From NCBI GenBank assembly GCA_036787355.1, contig DAIQPM010000001.1, positions 1-40,502 on the forward strand: a stretch of 40,502 bases of DNA. The letters run 5' to 3'. The notes below the pieces were generated by a model, which saw only the letters and a program-made list of their open reading frames with translations, had not been told where the DNA came from and did no database searches. A program made the translations under genes and the position numbers. Below are positions 18,004 to 28,456 of the stretch, one piece after another. Origin of the DNA: Acidimicrobiales bacterium (GTDB taxonomy: Bacteria > Actinomycetota > Acidimicrobiia > Acidimicrobiales > RAAP-2). The number at the start of each line of letters is the position of its first letter. Positions within the stretch are counted from its first letter, which is position 1.

Positions 18004-18762
18004 GTGCCTGCACCCCTCTTAGAACTCAAAAATCTCCACGTTGAAGCCGAGGATTCACAAATCCTTCGTGGCGTCGACCTCATTGTCAACGCCGGAGAAG
18101 TTCACGCCCTCATGGGACCAAACGGTGCTGGCAAGTCAACGCTCGCGAGCGTCGTCATGGGACACCCTGGCTACACCGTTACCGAAGGACAGATTCTCCT
18201 GAACGGTGAAGACATCGCGACGTGGTCGCCTGACCAGCGTGCACGCGCGGGTATCTTTCTCGCGTTTCAATACCCTGAGGCCATTAGTGGCGTTTCCGTG
18301 GTGCAATTTCTTCGCCAAGCAATCGCCGCACGTAAAGGTCTCGAAGAATTAAGCGTCCTTGAAGTTCGACTCGATCTCATGGAATGGATGGAGCGCCTAG
18401 GCATGGATCCAGCATTTGCTGAGCGACACCTCAACGACGGTTTTTCTGGTGGTGAGCGTAAGCGAAACGAAGTGCTCCAGATGGCACTGTTGGAGCCAAC
18501 TATTGCGTTCCTCGACGAAACAGATTCAGGACTCGACATCGATGCACTTCGAATTGTGGCGCGTGGAGTTAGTACCGTCCGCGAAGAGAACCCGACTATG
18601 GGTGCAGTTGTCGTTACGCACTACGTAAAGCTTTTGGAAGAAATTAAGCCTGACCGTGTTCACATCATTGTGGACGGAAAAATTGTTCATTCCGGTGGCT
18701 CAGAGCTTGCCGAAAAGATTGAAGTCGAAGGTTACGACTCCTGGCGGCCGGTCAGCGCGTGA
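18004..18762 (+). CDS. sufC: Fe-S assembly ATPase SufC (copy 1)
   Basis: GPNGAGKST, FLAFQYP, FSGGERKRNE, LDETDSGLDIDA and VTHY. Confidence 0.93.
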   Translation: MPAPLLELKNLHVEAEDSQILRGVDLIVNAGEVHALMGPNGAGKSTLASVVMGHPGYTVTEGQILLNGEDIATWSPDQRARAGIFLAFQYPEAISGVSVVQFLRQAIAARKGLEELSVLEVRLDLMEWMERLGMDPAFAERHLNDGFSGGERKRNEVLQMALLEPTIAFLDETDSGLDIDALRIVARGVSTVREENPTMGAVVVTHYVKLLEEIKPDRVHIIVDGKIVHSGGSELAEKIEVEGYDSWRPVSA

Positions 18763-19994
18763 CCAGCTTTAACGCTGCACTAGTTAGGGCTGATACCCCA
18801 CAACTAACTCGCGTTATTAATGGTCATCCAATTACGTATCTGGACTCTGGCGCTACGTCGCTTCCTCCGCGAGCCGTCATTGAAGCAATGTCTCGCCACT
18901 ACGAGCTACATCACGCAAATGTTCACCGCTCGGTCTTTCAAACGGCCAGTGAAGCGACCGAAGCCTATGAGGGCGCACGACTCGCAATTGCAAGATTTAT
19001 AAATGCTCCTGGCGGAGCAGAGGAAATTGTCTTCACCAAGAACTGCACAGAATCGTTCAACTTGCTCGCCAGGTCATGGGGCCGTGTAAATCTAAAAGCT
19101 GGAGACGTCGTGCTGCTTAGCGAGATGGAACACCACGCCAATATCGTTCCGTGGTTTCAACTCCGTGAAATGCTCGGTTTCGAGGTTCGCTTCATTCCAG
19201 TGACGGACGACTTCCGTCTCGATCTTTCAAACATTGATGAACTTATGAAGGGCGTCAAGCTTCTTTCTGTAACCGGGATGTCAAATGTGCTCGGCACAAT
19301 TAACCCCATTAAAGAACTCAGCGCTATTGCGCACAAACACGGTGCGCTTATTTCAGTTGATGCAGCGCAATCAGTTGCTCACAGTGTGACTGACGTAAAA
19401 GACTTAGATGTTGACTTCATGAGTTTCTCCGCTCACAAGATGCTCGGGCCAACTGGCATAGGCGTGTTCTGGACACGTAAAGAGATCCTTGGCGAGATGC
19501 CACCATTCCTCGGTGGCGGCGGAATGATTGCTGACGTTTCCGTTGAAGGCTTCACTCCGGCGAGTGGGCCAACCAGATTTGAAGCCGGCACTCCCCCGAT
19601 TGTTGAAGCTGGCGGACTTGGCGCTGCAGTTAAATACCTCACAGGGCTCGGAATGGCCAACATTGCCCAGCACGAACACGACCTCACTGGTGACGCTCTC
19701 ACTCGCTTAGAGCTTGAATTCTCGGGTCGTATCCGAGTCATTGGACCCAGAGACATGACTGATCGTGGTGGTGTCATCAGTATTGATGTTGAAGGCGTGC
19801 ACCCACATGACGTGGCACAAATGCTCGACCAATTTGGAGTTTGTGTTCGACCAGGCCACCACTGCGCCAAGCCACTGATGAAGCGCTTTGGCCTCAATGC
19901 AACCGCACGCATTTCTTACGGTCCGTATTCACTAGTTCGAGACACTGACGTGCTGATTGAAGCTCTGCACAGTGCCATTGGGATGTTTGGTTAA
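18759..19994 (+). CDS. sufS: Cysteine desulfurase SufS
   Basis: YLDSGAT, EHHANIVPW, SAHKMLGPTG, FEAGTP and RPGHHCA (group II signature). Confidence 0.95.
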   Translation: MTSFNAALVRADTPQLTRVINGHPITYLDSGATSLPPRAVIEAMSRHYELHHANVHRSVFQTASEATEAYEGARLAIARFINAPGGAEEIVFTKNCTESFNLLARSWGRVNLKAGDVVLLSEMEHHANIVPWFQLREMLGFEVRFIPVTDDFRLDLSNIDELMKGVKLLSVTGMSNVLGTINPIKELSAIAHKHGALISVDAAQSVAHSVTDVKDLDVDFMSFSAHKMLGPTGIGVFWTRKEILGEMPPFLGGGGMIADVSVEGFTPASGPTRFEAGTPPIVEAGGLGAAVKYLTGLGMANIAQHEHDLTGDALTRLELEFSGRIRVIGPRDMTDRGGVISIDVEGVHPHDVAQMLDQFGVCVRPGHHCAKPLMKRFGLNATARISYGPYSLVRDTDVLIEALHSAIGMFG

Positions 19995-19996
19995 CC

Positions 19997-20461
19997 ATGG
20001 CTGGACTTGAAGATCTCTACAAAGAAATCATCATGGACCACTACCGTTCACCACGTAACCGTGGAGAACTTCCAACACCTCCTGCAGTCTGTACCGAGGG
20101 ATTTAATCCTCTTTGTGGCGATCAGATAACTGTCTACATTGACGTTGCTGAAGGTGTTTTAAAAGACATAAAGATCACTGGTCAAGGTTGCTCAATTTCA
20201 CAATCATCGTCTTCTCTCATGAGTGCAGCAGTTAAGGGAAAAACACTCGAGCAAGTGCAAGAGACAATTGGCACATTTAAGGGTCTCATGACTGGTCATG
20301 AAGCAGCACTCGAAGATGGCAACGAGCCAGCCAAAGTCGATGTCCGAGCTCTAGGTGAACTCGCAGCTTTGCAAGGTGTTGTGAAGTTTCCAGTACGAAT
20401 TAAATGTGCAGTGCTGGCATGGAACACACTCAGCCAAGCCCTAAGCGAAGTGCCCAGCTAA
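19997..20461 (+). CDS. sufU: SufU sulfur-transfer protein
   Basis: IMDHYRSPRN, NPLCGD, GCSISQ and FPVRIKCA. Confidence 0.93.
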   Translation: MAGLEDLYKEIIMDHYRSPRNRGELPTPPAVCTEGFNPLCGDQITVYIDVAEGVLKDIKITGQGCSISQSSSSLMSAAVKGKTLEQVQETIGTFKGLMTGHEAALEDGNEPAKVDVRALGELAALQGVVKFPVRIKCAVLAWNTLSQALSEVPS

Positions 20462-21862
20462 CTAGGGCGTACAGGGCTTAGGGTCAAACGAAGGAACAGC
20501 CTGCGTTGGATTTGTTGTTGTCGTGGTCGGACTGTGCTTCAATTTCTTCCCAGTAACCGTGGTCGCAGTAACACTGTTAGATGGAGCCGTGATAGCTGGA
20601 ATGACAAGTGGTTGCAAGTTGACACCAGGTGGTGGGTTTGTCGGGGCAAGCAGTTGGCTGCCAAACATTGTGGTCAGCATCTGCTGGGCTGCGGGTTCTT
20701 GCAAGATGAGTACGTCTTGAGGGACACCACCCAATTTCACAACCGAAGCGGTATTGGGCATTGTGTACGTGTTCAGGCTTGCAGCATTGAAGTGATGGAA
20801 TTTCACAGCAAGACCTATCAACTCATTGAGTGAGAATTTAGAGTCAAGTTGAATACCTTGTGGAATCTTCGAAAGCAGCGAGTTGATTGTTAGCGGGTTA
20901 TAAAGCCCCTTGGCACGCGAGATGAACGCTTCCATAAATGCGTTCTGGCGGTCTATGCGACCGAAGTCACTTGAGCCATCGGAAACCCAGCCAAGTGAAG
21001 TCAAAGTTGAATACGAAGCGTTGTCACCGGGCCAGTTCCAAATTCCTTTGGCGTTGTAATAAAAGTGGCGGCTCCGAGACACCGCGAGTGTTTGAAATCC
21101 AGTGACTAACTGGCAGCCGGCGTGTCGTATGCGAAGCCCCGAGTACGGATCAGCAGATGGGTACGGGAAGTTCAAGTAAACGCCGCCAATAGCCGTGGCA
21201 GCATTAATGAGACCTTGGAAACTCACCGTGATTGTGTAGTTAATTGGAATTCCAAAGTTTGCGGTAATTGTCTGTGCGAGAAGTGATGGACCACTTCCAA
21301 AGTTGACATTGATGCGGTTATAGGTTCCATACAGTGATTGATTTTGCAGCAGCGTCACCATGAGGTCACGAGGAATAGAAAGAACGCTTATTGTTCCTTT
21401 GCCCGGGTCAACGTGCATGATTTTTACTGAGTCGCTTCGTTGACCAGCCACTGCCCCAGAAGAAGCGCCCGACTGAGCGCTGACAGTACCAGTCAAGCCA
21501 ACGCGAGAGTCTGACCCAATTTCAAGGATGTTAAACGGCTCTCCCGAAATTGTTGGAAGTTCCCCAGCAACATTAATTTTTGAAATGGCACCAAATTTCA
21601 GTTGCGCGTAAATGTAACCGCCACCACCGAGTCCGAGCAGTAGTCCAGCGACGACAATCGCAGTGGTTATAGCTCTGCGCTTGGTAATTATTGGACCTCC
21701 ACCGGAGGACCGGGTTGATTGGCGCTTTGGCTTGCGCTCTATCCCATTTTTGCGATCGACGGCCTCACCAAGTGCAACTAGTCGCTGTTCATTTGCAAGT
21801 TTGCGCTTGGCATTTTCTTGCCTCCGAGAACCGTTCGGCTCATTACGACGCTTGTCAACCAT
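20462..21862 (-). CDS. LytR-CpsA-Psr (LCP) family glycopolymer transferase
   Basis: Basic cytoplasmic N-terminus, one TM helix, GSDSR, RSD, SIPRD, DFGRIDRQ, and a Thr/Pro-rich tail. Confidence 0.9.
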   Translation of the reverse strand: MVDKRRNEPNGSRRQENAKRKLANEQRLVALGEAVDRKNGIERKPKRQSTRSSGGGPIITKRRAITTAIVVAGLLLGLGGGGYIYAQLKFGAISKINVAGELPTISGEPFNILEIGSDSRVGLTGTVSAQSGASSGAVAGQRSDSVKIMHVDPGKGTISVLSIPRDLMVTLLQNQSLYGTYNRINVNFGSGPSLLAQTITANFGIPINYTITVSFQGLINAATAIGGVYLNFPYPSADPYSGLRIRHAGCQLVTGFQTLAVSRSRHFYYNAKGIWNWPGDNASYSTLTSLGWVSDGSSDFGRIDRQNAFMEAFISRAKGLYNPLTINSLLSKIPQGIQLDSKFSLNELIGLAVKFHHFNAASLNTYTMPNTASVVKLGGVPQDVLILQEPAAQQMLTTMFGSQLLAPTNPPPGVNLQPLVIPAITAPSNSVTATTVTGKKLKHSPTTTTTNPTQAVPSFDPKPCTP

Positions 21863-21897
21863 TTAACTACTTTACCGTTAGAAGTGAAAAATTTTGG

Positions 21898-22626
21898 TCA
21901 AGCACGTTGTGCACGAAATGGTTCATAGCCATCGCGTTCAAGTACTTCAGAAAGTTCAGGGCCACCAGTTGCCACAACACGGCCTTCACTAACCACGTGA
22001 ATCTTTGTTGGTGTGAGTTCTTGTAGCAAACGACGAAAGTGTGTGATCGCGAGCACTCCGCAGTTCCACTCTTTAGTTGCGAGCTGGAGTCGACGGGCAA
22101 CTGCACCCAGTGCATCGACGTCAAGACCTGAGTCAATTTCGTCAAGAACTGCGAACTTCGGTTGAAGGATTCCAAGCTGCACCATTTCAGCTCGCTTGCG
22201 CTCGCCACCAGAAAGGTCAACGTTTACGAAACGTTCAAGCACGTCGGGGCGAAGCTCAACTTTGTTCGCTTCTTCAATCATTCGTTCGTGCAGCTTCTCT
22301 TCACTGGCGCCAGCAGCGTGCAAGAGGTCGTAAGGACGAACGCCTGGTACTTCCATTGGTTGCTGCAAAGCCAGTAACAGACCATGTCGTGCTCGCTCGG
22401 TTGGAGAGAGCTCAAGGAGTTCTACCCCATCAAGTTTCACTGAACCAGCGAGAACTTTGTAACCGGGGTGTCCCGTTAGAACATGCGCAAGGGTTGACTT
22501 ACCTGAGCCGTTTGGTCCCATGATGACGTGCACTTCACCAGACGCCATCTCTAGGTCAAATCCGCGAAGCACTTCCTTGCCGGCAACTTCTGCGCGGAGG
22601 CCTTCAATCTTTAGTGTTGAGCTCAT
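21898..22626 (-). CDS. sufC: Fe-S assembly ATPase SufC (copy 2)
   Basis: GPNGSGKST, LSGGERKRAE, LDEIDSGLDVDA and ITH. Translationally coupled to the Rieske gene. Confidence 0.88.
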   Translation of the reverse strand: MSSTLKIEGLRAEVAGKEVLRGFDLEMASGEVHVIMGPNGSGKSTLAHVLTGHPGYKVLAGSVKLDGVELLELSPTERARHGLLLALQQPMEVPGVRPYDLLHAAGASEEKLHERMIEEANKVELRPDVLERFVNVDLSGGERKRAEMVQLGILQPKFAVLDEIDSGLDVDALGAVARRLQLATKEWNCGVLAITHFRRLLQELTPTKIHVVSEGRVVATGGPELSEVLERDGYEPFRAQRA

Positions 22627-22937
22627 GAGAGAACCAGTTCTACTCGTCCATTAGTAACTGCAACGTCATAGTGAGCTACCGGCTTGGTCGCAGGAAATGA
22701 CATTGGGGCACCGTCTTTCAAACTGAACATGGCACCATGGCGTGCACACTCAATTTCACAATTAGCAATGTCGACAATGCCTTCGGCGAGGCTGAAGTCT
22801 TCATGGCTGCATCGATCATCAAGGACATAAACATCTTCTTCAATTCGAACAACGACCAGAGTGCGATCGCCAAGTTTTACTTGCTTTGCTCCGCCATTGT
22901 CGAAGTCACTAAGTGCTCCAATATCGGTTGTGGTCAT
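22623..22937 (-). CDS. Rieske [2Fe-2S] ferredoxin (SUF-associated)
   Basis: CSH...CARH Rieske ligands, 104 aa, located between sufD and sufC. Confidence 0.92.
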   Translation of the reverse strand: MTTTDIGALSDFDNGGAKQVKLGDRTLVVVRIEEDVYVLDDRCSHEDFSLAEGIVDIANCEIECARHGAMFSLKDGAPMSFPATKPVAHYDVAVTNGRVELVLS

Positions 22938-24175
22938 GGCGTGACCACGTTTACTTGAGAAAGTACTGACGTAACGTCTTGCTCAACAAGTTGCGCAAGT
23001 TCTTTTGGAAGGGTTGTCAGCATTTCGTTGAAGAACCCTTGGATCATGAGCCGCTCCGCATCTGGGCGACTGACCCCGCGTGATTCGAGATACCACCGCT
23101 GTAGTTCGTCAAGCGGACCCACACTTGAAGCGTGAGCACACATGACATCATTTTCACGGATATCGAGGTTTGGGACACTGTCCGCGTGAGCGTGAGGCGA
23201 AAGTAAGAGGTTGTGGTTCGTTTGACGAGCGTCAGTTCGCTTCGCACCCTTTTCAATTTCGATCACACCCGTGTAAATTGAGCGAGACTCATCCGCAACT
23301 GCTCCCTTTGAAAGGAGCGTTGAGCGGCTGCGGCCGACTTTGTGGAACTGGCGAGTGCGAAAATCATGCACTTGCTTTCCAGAACCGAGGAACGTTGTAC
23401 GGAGCTCGTTTTCAGCGCCGGTGCCAAGAAACTCAGCATCATTACGTGAGCGGTTGTAGTAACCACCAATGCCAATTACCGCCTGGCGAAGTCGGCCATC
23501 TCGCTGAATTAGACCAGTTGTTCTAGCCACGTGCCAAGCAGACGCATTCAGTCGCTGATACGTAATTAGCTGTAGCGACGCATTCTCACCAATGGCGTAT
23601 TCACTGAGTGGAACAACCAGTGCATTTTCTCCACCTTCGAAGTACTCAACAATGGTGGCGCTAGATCCTTTAGCAAGTTCAATTTGTGTGCGAGAGAACG
23701 AAGACTGCGCATTGGTTGAATTGAGAACAATGATTGGCTTTTCAACATGAACGCCGCCATCAACTCGAATAAGGGTTGTTGAAGGCGCCAGTGCTGCGTT
23801 TAGTTGCGCGAATGTGTCGCTCTCGTACCTGGTGACAAGCGACTGTCCACTTAAAGACGTAGAAGATTCAACTGACTCGGCGTGAACTCCGTCGGGAAGG
23901 TCTCCAACGTTGACGCAGAAACCATCAATGACTCGAATTACAAGGCCGGCACTCTTTGTTAAGTCAGAAGCAAAAGCAGAGTCGGTGTGCTGGCTCGGTC
24001 TTGCTGTGACGTTGAACTTATCGAGACTCAGTTCACTTAGTGGTGCGTAGCGCCACACTTCGTCCGACGTCGTTGGTAGTCCAGTGGCCTCGAATGCGCT
24101 GAAGGCACCCTGGCGTGAAGCAGCATCGCTCTGGCTGGCAATAAAGGAAGTGGCTGATTCAGCGAAAGTTTTCAT
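22934..24175 (-). CDS. sufD: Fe-S assembly scaffold SufD
   Basis: GLPT..DEVWRY, beta-helix repeats, PNLDI...DVMCAHAS.VG and YLESRG. Confidence 0.9.
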   Translation of the reverse strand: MKTFAESATSFIASQSDAASRQGAFSAFEATGLPTTSDEVWRYAPLSELSLDKFNVTARPSQHTDSAFASDLTKSAGLVIRVIDGFCVNVGDLPDGVHAESVESSTSLSGQSLVTRYESDTFAQLNAALAPSTTLIRVDGGVHVEKPIIVLNSTNAQSSFSRTQIELAKGSSATIVEYFEGGENALVVPLSEYAIGENASLQLITYQRLNASAWHVARTTGLIQRDGRLRQAVIGIGGYYNRSRNDAEFLGTGAENELRTTFLGSGKQVHDFRTRQFHKVGRSRSTLLSKGAVADESRSIYTGVIEIEKGAKRTDARQTNHNLLLSPHAHADSVPNLDIRENDVMCAHASSVGPLDELQRWYLESRGVSRPDAERLMIQGFFNEMLTTLPKELAQLVEQDVTSVLSQVNVVTP

Positions 24176-24264
24176 AGTTTTAGGGACTAGTTAAGTGTAA
24201 TCGGGTATAGAAAATGCCCAGCGGTCGCTCCTCTAGGCTGAGAAAAGACTCGCAAGGGGAAATC

Positions 24265-25092
24265 ATGGCATTTTCATCAGAAGTTTTGACTCTCGAAGTT
24301 AACGGACACGTCGCTACTTTGTGGCTGAACCGCCCAGATGCACGCAATGCAATGGGCAGGGACCTATTCAATGATCTACCACTCGCGGCAAAAGAAGTTG
24401 CCGCTAATTCAGACATTCGTGTTCTGGTGATTGCTGCCAAGGGGCCAGCGTTCACTGTTGGCCTCGACCTGAAGACAATGGGTGGAAACCTCGGAGCTTC
24501 CTCGAGCGCAAAATCGTCAGCTGTTGCTAACTCGAATTTTTATGACTCAATTCTTCGTATGCAAGACGCAAATACTTGCTTTGCAGAATTAAAGGTCCCA
24601 GTCATCGCAGCAGTGCACGGCTACTGCCTCGGTGGAGGTATCGACCTCATTACTGCGTGTGACATTCGACTTTGTTCCAGTGACACCGTGTTCTCGGTTC
24701 GTGAAGCAAAGATCGCAATTGTTGCTGACCTTGGAACACTTCAGCGTCTACCCAGAATTGTGAGTGCCGGTCACGTTGCAGAGCTTGCCTACACCGCTAA
24801 AGACTTTGACGCTGCGCACGCGGAGCGTATTGGACTTGTTAACCGAGTTGCTGGCGACAATGCCGAATCAGTTCTTGCAGCTGCGTACGAGCTCGCAAAT
24901 GAAATCGCCGCGAACTCTCCACTTGCTGTTCAAGGAACGAAGGCAGTGCTGAGCGCTAACGATGGAAGAACAATTGATGAAGGCCTCAAGTTTGTTGCGA
25001 ACTGGAACGCTCTCTACATCAATAGCAACGACCTGAAGGAAGCCTTCACCGCTTTCATTGAGCGTCGTCCGGCTGTCTTTAACGGCGACTAA
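24265..25092 (+). CDS. Enoyl-CoA hydratase/isomerase (crotonase) family protein
   Basis: LNRPDARNAM, FTVGLDL, PVIAAVHGYCLGGG and ADLGTLQRLP. Start refined to ATG 24265 after an AAGGGG SD. Confidence 0.9.
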   Translation: MAFSSEVLTLEVNGHVATLWLNRPDARNAMGRDLFNDLPLAAKEVAANSDIRVLVIAAKGPAFTVGLDLKTMGGNLGASSSAKSSAVANSNFYDSILRMQDANTCFAELKVPVIAAVHGYCLGGGIDLITACDIRLCSSDTVFSVREAKIAIVADLGTLQRLPRIVSAGHVAELAYTAKDFDAAHAERIGLVNRVAGDNAESVLAAAYELANEIAANSPLAVQGTKAVLSANDGRTIDEGLKFVANWNALYINSNDLKEAFTAFIERRPAVFNGD

Positions 25093-25442
25093 CGCCGCCA
25101 GAACTTCCAACCACGTCGACTTTTCTTTTCTTCCTCGTCTAATTGGCGACGTCGCTCTTCAATGAGTTCGGGTGCAATTGCATTAACTATTTCACTCGCC
25201 ATGTCAAGGATTTCACGTCGGTCCTCGATGGGGATGTCGTTTTCTGGGAGCTTCTCCACTGGTTTATCAACGAGCGTGCCGTGCGACCAGCCAACGTCAA
25301 CCAAACGTCGTTCATACGTCAAACAGTTCTCAGGGCAAGACCACGGCTGATCGGGTGCGTTACCGAGTACGCAAAACCTTGCGACTTCACCTGACTTATA
25401 GGTCCGGCTCTGAAAGTGTTTACATTCTTCACGCATGCCCAT
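25089..25442 (-). CDS. Hypothetical protein with four Cys and a basic/aromatic C-terminus
   Basis: Fills the gap between the crotonase and MBL genes. MREECKH...C...CPENC, tail RRGWKFWRR. Start could also be 25436. Confidence 0.7.
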   Translation of the reverse strand: MGMREECKHFQSRTYKSGEVARFCVLGNAPDQPWSCPENCLTYERRLVDVGWSHGTLVDKPVEKLPENDIPIEDRREILDMASEIVNAIAPELIEERRRQLDEEEKKSRRGWKFWRR

Positions 25443-25500
25443 ACATGAATCATCGCACAGTTTTTCTGTGGAATACTGTCGACTAAACCTTAGGAGACCC

Positions 25501-26337
25501 ATGAAAATCGTTTTACTTGGGACTGGTTCGCCAATCCCAAATCCTGACAATGCGGGGCCTTCTACTCTGGTGCAAACCGGAACTGCCAACATTCTTTTCG
25601 ACGCAGGCAGAGGTGTTGTTATGCGCCTCGCCAAAGCGCAACTTGTTCCAGCAATGTTGCACGGCGTTGTCCTTACCCACCTTCACAGTGACCACGTCTG
25701 TGATCTCAACGATGTCATTACAACCCAGTGGGTAATGGCGCCATCTGGGACAAACTTCAAGATTGTTGGACCAGTTGGAACTAAAGCGTTCATTGACGGC
25801 ATGCGTGAGATGTTGCAAGCTGACGTGGGCTACCGCATTGGACACCACGCTGATCTAAATGAACCGCCAAAGCTCGAAGTTCTAGAAGTGCGCCCCGGTG
25901 ACACGTTCACAATTGGTGACCAAGAAGTCATCGCCGGTGCAACTGACCACCGCCCAGTCGAGCCATCCATCGGTTACCGCATTGAAAAAGATGGAGAGAG
26001 CGTTGTCATTGGTGGCGACGGAGTGCCATGTGCAACTCTGGATGAACTCGTTAAGGGTGCAAGTGCATACGTACAAACAGTTATTCGCGATGACTGGGTT
26101 AAGTCAATTCCTAATCCACGCCTTCAAGACATTCTTGACTATCACTCGAGCGTTGCACAAGCCGCAGACACAGCTCAACGCGGCGGTGTGAAAGCACTGG
26201 TTCTAACGCACTTCGTCCCACCACTTTCAAAAGAAACTGAGCATGAGTGGCGAGAGCTTGCTTCAGGATTTAGCGGACTATTGGTGATGGGGCCAGACCT
26301 AACGACACTCGACGTCACCACCATGGCTATCTCATAA
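25501..26337 (+). CDS. MBL-fold hydrolase, RNase Z / arylsulfatase-like
   Basis: LLGTGSP.P, FDAGRG, THLHSDH, DH.PV, DYHSS and LTHFVP. AGGAG SD before ATG 25501. Confidence 0.85.
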   Translation: MKIVLLGTGSPIPNPDNAGPSTLVQTGTANILFDAGRGVVMRLAKAQLVPAMLHGVVLTHLHSDHVCDLNDVITTQWVMAPSGTNFKIVGPVGTKAFIDGMREMLQADVGYRIGHHADLNEPPKLEVLEVRPGDTFTIGDQEVIAGATDHRPVEPSIGYRIEKDGESVVIGGDGVPCATLDELVKGASAYVQTVIRDDWVKSIPNPRLQDILDYHSSVAQAADTAQRGGVKALVLTHFVPPLSKETEHEWRELASGFSGLLVMGPDLTTLDVTTMAIS

Positions 26338-26341
26338 GCAA

Positions 26342-26965
26342 ATGGCAAGCTTTCGCGTTGATGAGCGGGCTTTATCTAGAAAAGAAATAAAGGATGCATG
26401 CTGGGTTGCGCAGCGCGCATTCATGGATGATCCATTCTTCTGTCACCTCTCTCCTGGTGCGAAACTACGCAAGCGAGGTTTATATCTGTTCTTCTTGAAC
26501 CAGTTGTTGCATTTCGGCAAGGGTGGGCGAGTTATTACGGTGCGTAATGATTCAGATGCAATCGTTGGCGTTTCTGCGTGGCTACCAAATGGTTGCTACC
26601 CCCAGTCGGTGCTGACTCAAATCGCTCAGATCCCTGGAGTGCTTCGTTCCATGTACAGACGGCCACTAGCTCTGGTTGATGGAACTAAGTACTTGAATGA
26701 AATGGCCAAGAAGCACCCGAAAGATCCGCACTGGTACTTGTTCTTGTTAGTGGCTGAGCCAGCAATACAACGAAGCGGCATTGGCACAATGCTCATGCAG
26801 CACGCATTCAAGGAAATTGACCCACAAGGATTACCCGTGTATCTCGAAACGCAGAATGAAGACAACATTGCCTATTACCAGCGATTTGGATTTGAACCGC
26901 GTGAGCCACTTACCCCAGTGAAAGATGGCCCGCCACTTCTTCGTATGTGGCGAAACGCTCGTTAG
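26342..26965 (+). CDS. GNAT-family N-acetyltransferase
   Basis: PHWYL..L, QRSGIG acetyl-CoA motif, YLET...N..YY.RFGF. Confidence 0.88.
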   Translation: MASFRVDERALSRKEIKDACWVAQRAFMDDPFFCHLSPGAKLRKRGLYLFFLNQLLHFGKGGRVITVRNDSDAIVGVSAWLPNGCYPQSVLTQIAQIPGVLRSMYRRPLALVDGTKYLNEMAKKHPKDPHWYLFLLVAEPAIQRSGIGTMLMQHAFKEIDPQGLPVYLETQNEDNIAYYQRFGFEPREPLTPVKDGPPLLRMWRNAR

Positions 26966-28431
26966 CGTTTGCCTGCGTTACTAAAAACCATTTCATTATC
27001 GATTCTGCCGTGCTTTAACATCAGGGTATCTAGCGCAAAGTTTTGATACAGCTTCCAGGGCTTCTTCGCTGCTTGCAAAGGCAGGTTGCCCTGTGCACGC
27101 TTGACGTAGCCAGAAGTAAGACCCATGGTTGGCTCGAGATTTTGATCACTCGGAACTTTTGGCGTTGCCTGGCGTACCCCAAGTTTTTCCATCTTGTTGA
27201 GAAGACGACAGATGTAGTCAGCGGTGAGATCTGCTTTTAGTGTCCATGACGCATTGGTATAACCAAATGTGGTGCCCAAATTAGGCACCCCTGCAAGCAT
27301 GATCCCCTTATACGAAACTGTCTTGCCTAGATCAACGGGGACACCATCAACGCTGATGCTCATTCCACCAAGCAGCTGCATCACGAGGCCAGTGGCGGTG
27401 ACGATGATGTCGGCCTTGAGCTCTTTCCCAGATGTCAGAAGAATTCCATCACTGGTGAAGGACTCAATAGTGTCAGTAACAATTTCTGCTTTACCCGAAG
27501 AAATTGCAGTGAAGAGATCACCATTTGGAACAAGGCACAGTCTTTGATCCCATGGGTTGTACGTAGGGTTGAAGTGAGTGTCAACGTCGTAGCCCTCAGG
27601 CAGCAAAGCCATTGCGCCTTCGCGAAGTCTGCGCTTAATAAGGTCGGGTTTCTTCTGGCTCAACTGGTACGTGAGCATTCCAAGAGAGATGGCTTTAAAG
27701 CGGATTAACTTGTGAGCCAATTTGGGTGAGAACCTTGCGCGAATCTTGTCGGCGAACTCATCAACATCGGGACGGGCCACGACATAGGTTGGCGAACGTT
27801 GTAGCAAGACAACCTTGCCAGCTTCTTTTGCCATTGCTGGCACGATGGTCATTGCTGTGGCGCCACTACCAATGACGACAACTGTTTTGTCCTTGTAGTC
27901 AAGATTCTCAGGCCAATGCTGAGGGTGAATAAGTCTTCCTTGGAACTTTTCTTCACCTGGAAAATCAGGACGGTAACCCTTGTCATAGGTGTAGTACCCA
28001 GTGTTACCCCAGAGAAAGTTGCACGTCATTGATTCTGAAGTGTCGCTGTCGGTGTGCTTGATAGTGAGAGTCCACAGTGCGGTTTCACTCGACCACTTGG
28101 CATCCACCACGCGTCGGTTGTACTGAATTCTCTCTTCGACACCAAACTTTTCAGCAGTTTCACGAATGTAATTAAGGATCAGTGGACCATCAGCAATGGA
28201 TTTCTTTTCACGCCATGGGGCAAACGAATATCCGAGCGTGTACATGTCCGAGTCGCTGCGAACCGCTGGGTAACGAAAAAGATCCCACGTTCCACCGCTT
28301 ACGTTGCGTGATTCAAGAATCGCGAACGTTCTCGATGGTGACTGCATCATTAAGTGACATGCAGCGCCGATGCCCGAAAGGCCGGCGCCAACTACTACGA
28401 CATCTACGTGTTTTGAACTAGCTGTGTCCAT
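26962..28431 (-). CDS. Baeyer-Villiger/flavin-containing monooxygenase, EthA-like
   Basis: GAGLSG, GGTWDLFRYP..RSDSD, FQGRLIHPQHWP fingerprint, GSGATA and ATG. Confidence 0.9.
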   Translation of the reverse strand: MDTASSKHVDVVVVGAGLSGIGAACHLMMQSPSRTFAILESRNVSGGTWDLFRYPAVRSDSDMYTLGYSFAPWREKKSIADGPLILNYIRETAEKFGVEERIQYNRRVVDAKWSSETALWTLTIKHTDSDTSESMTCNFLWGNTGYYTYDKGYRPDFPGEEKFQGRLIHPQHWPENLDYKDKTVVVIGSGATAMTIVPAMAKEAGKVVLLQRSPTYVVARPDVDEFADKIRARFSPKLAHKLIRFKAISLGMLTYQLSQKKPDLIKRRLREGAMALLPEGYDVDTHFNPTYNPWDQRLCLVPNGDLFTAISSGKAEIVTDTIESFTSDGILLTSGKELKADIIVTATGLVMQLLGGMSISVDGVPVDLGKTVSYKGIMLAGVPNLGTTFGYTNASWTLKADLTADYICRLLNKMEKLGVRQATPKVPSDQNLEPTMGLTSGYVKRAQGNLPLQAAKKPWKLYQNFALDTLMLKHGRIDNEMVFSNAGKR

Positions 28432-28456
28432 TTACGACACATTACTTAGCCAATCG

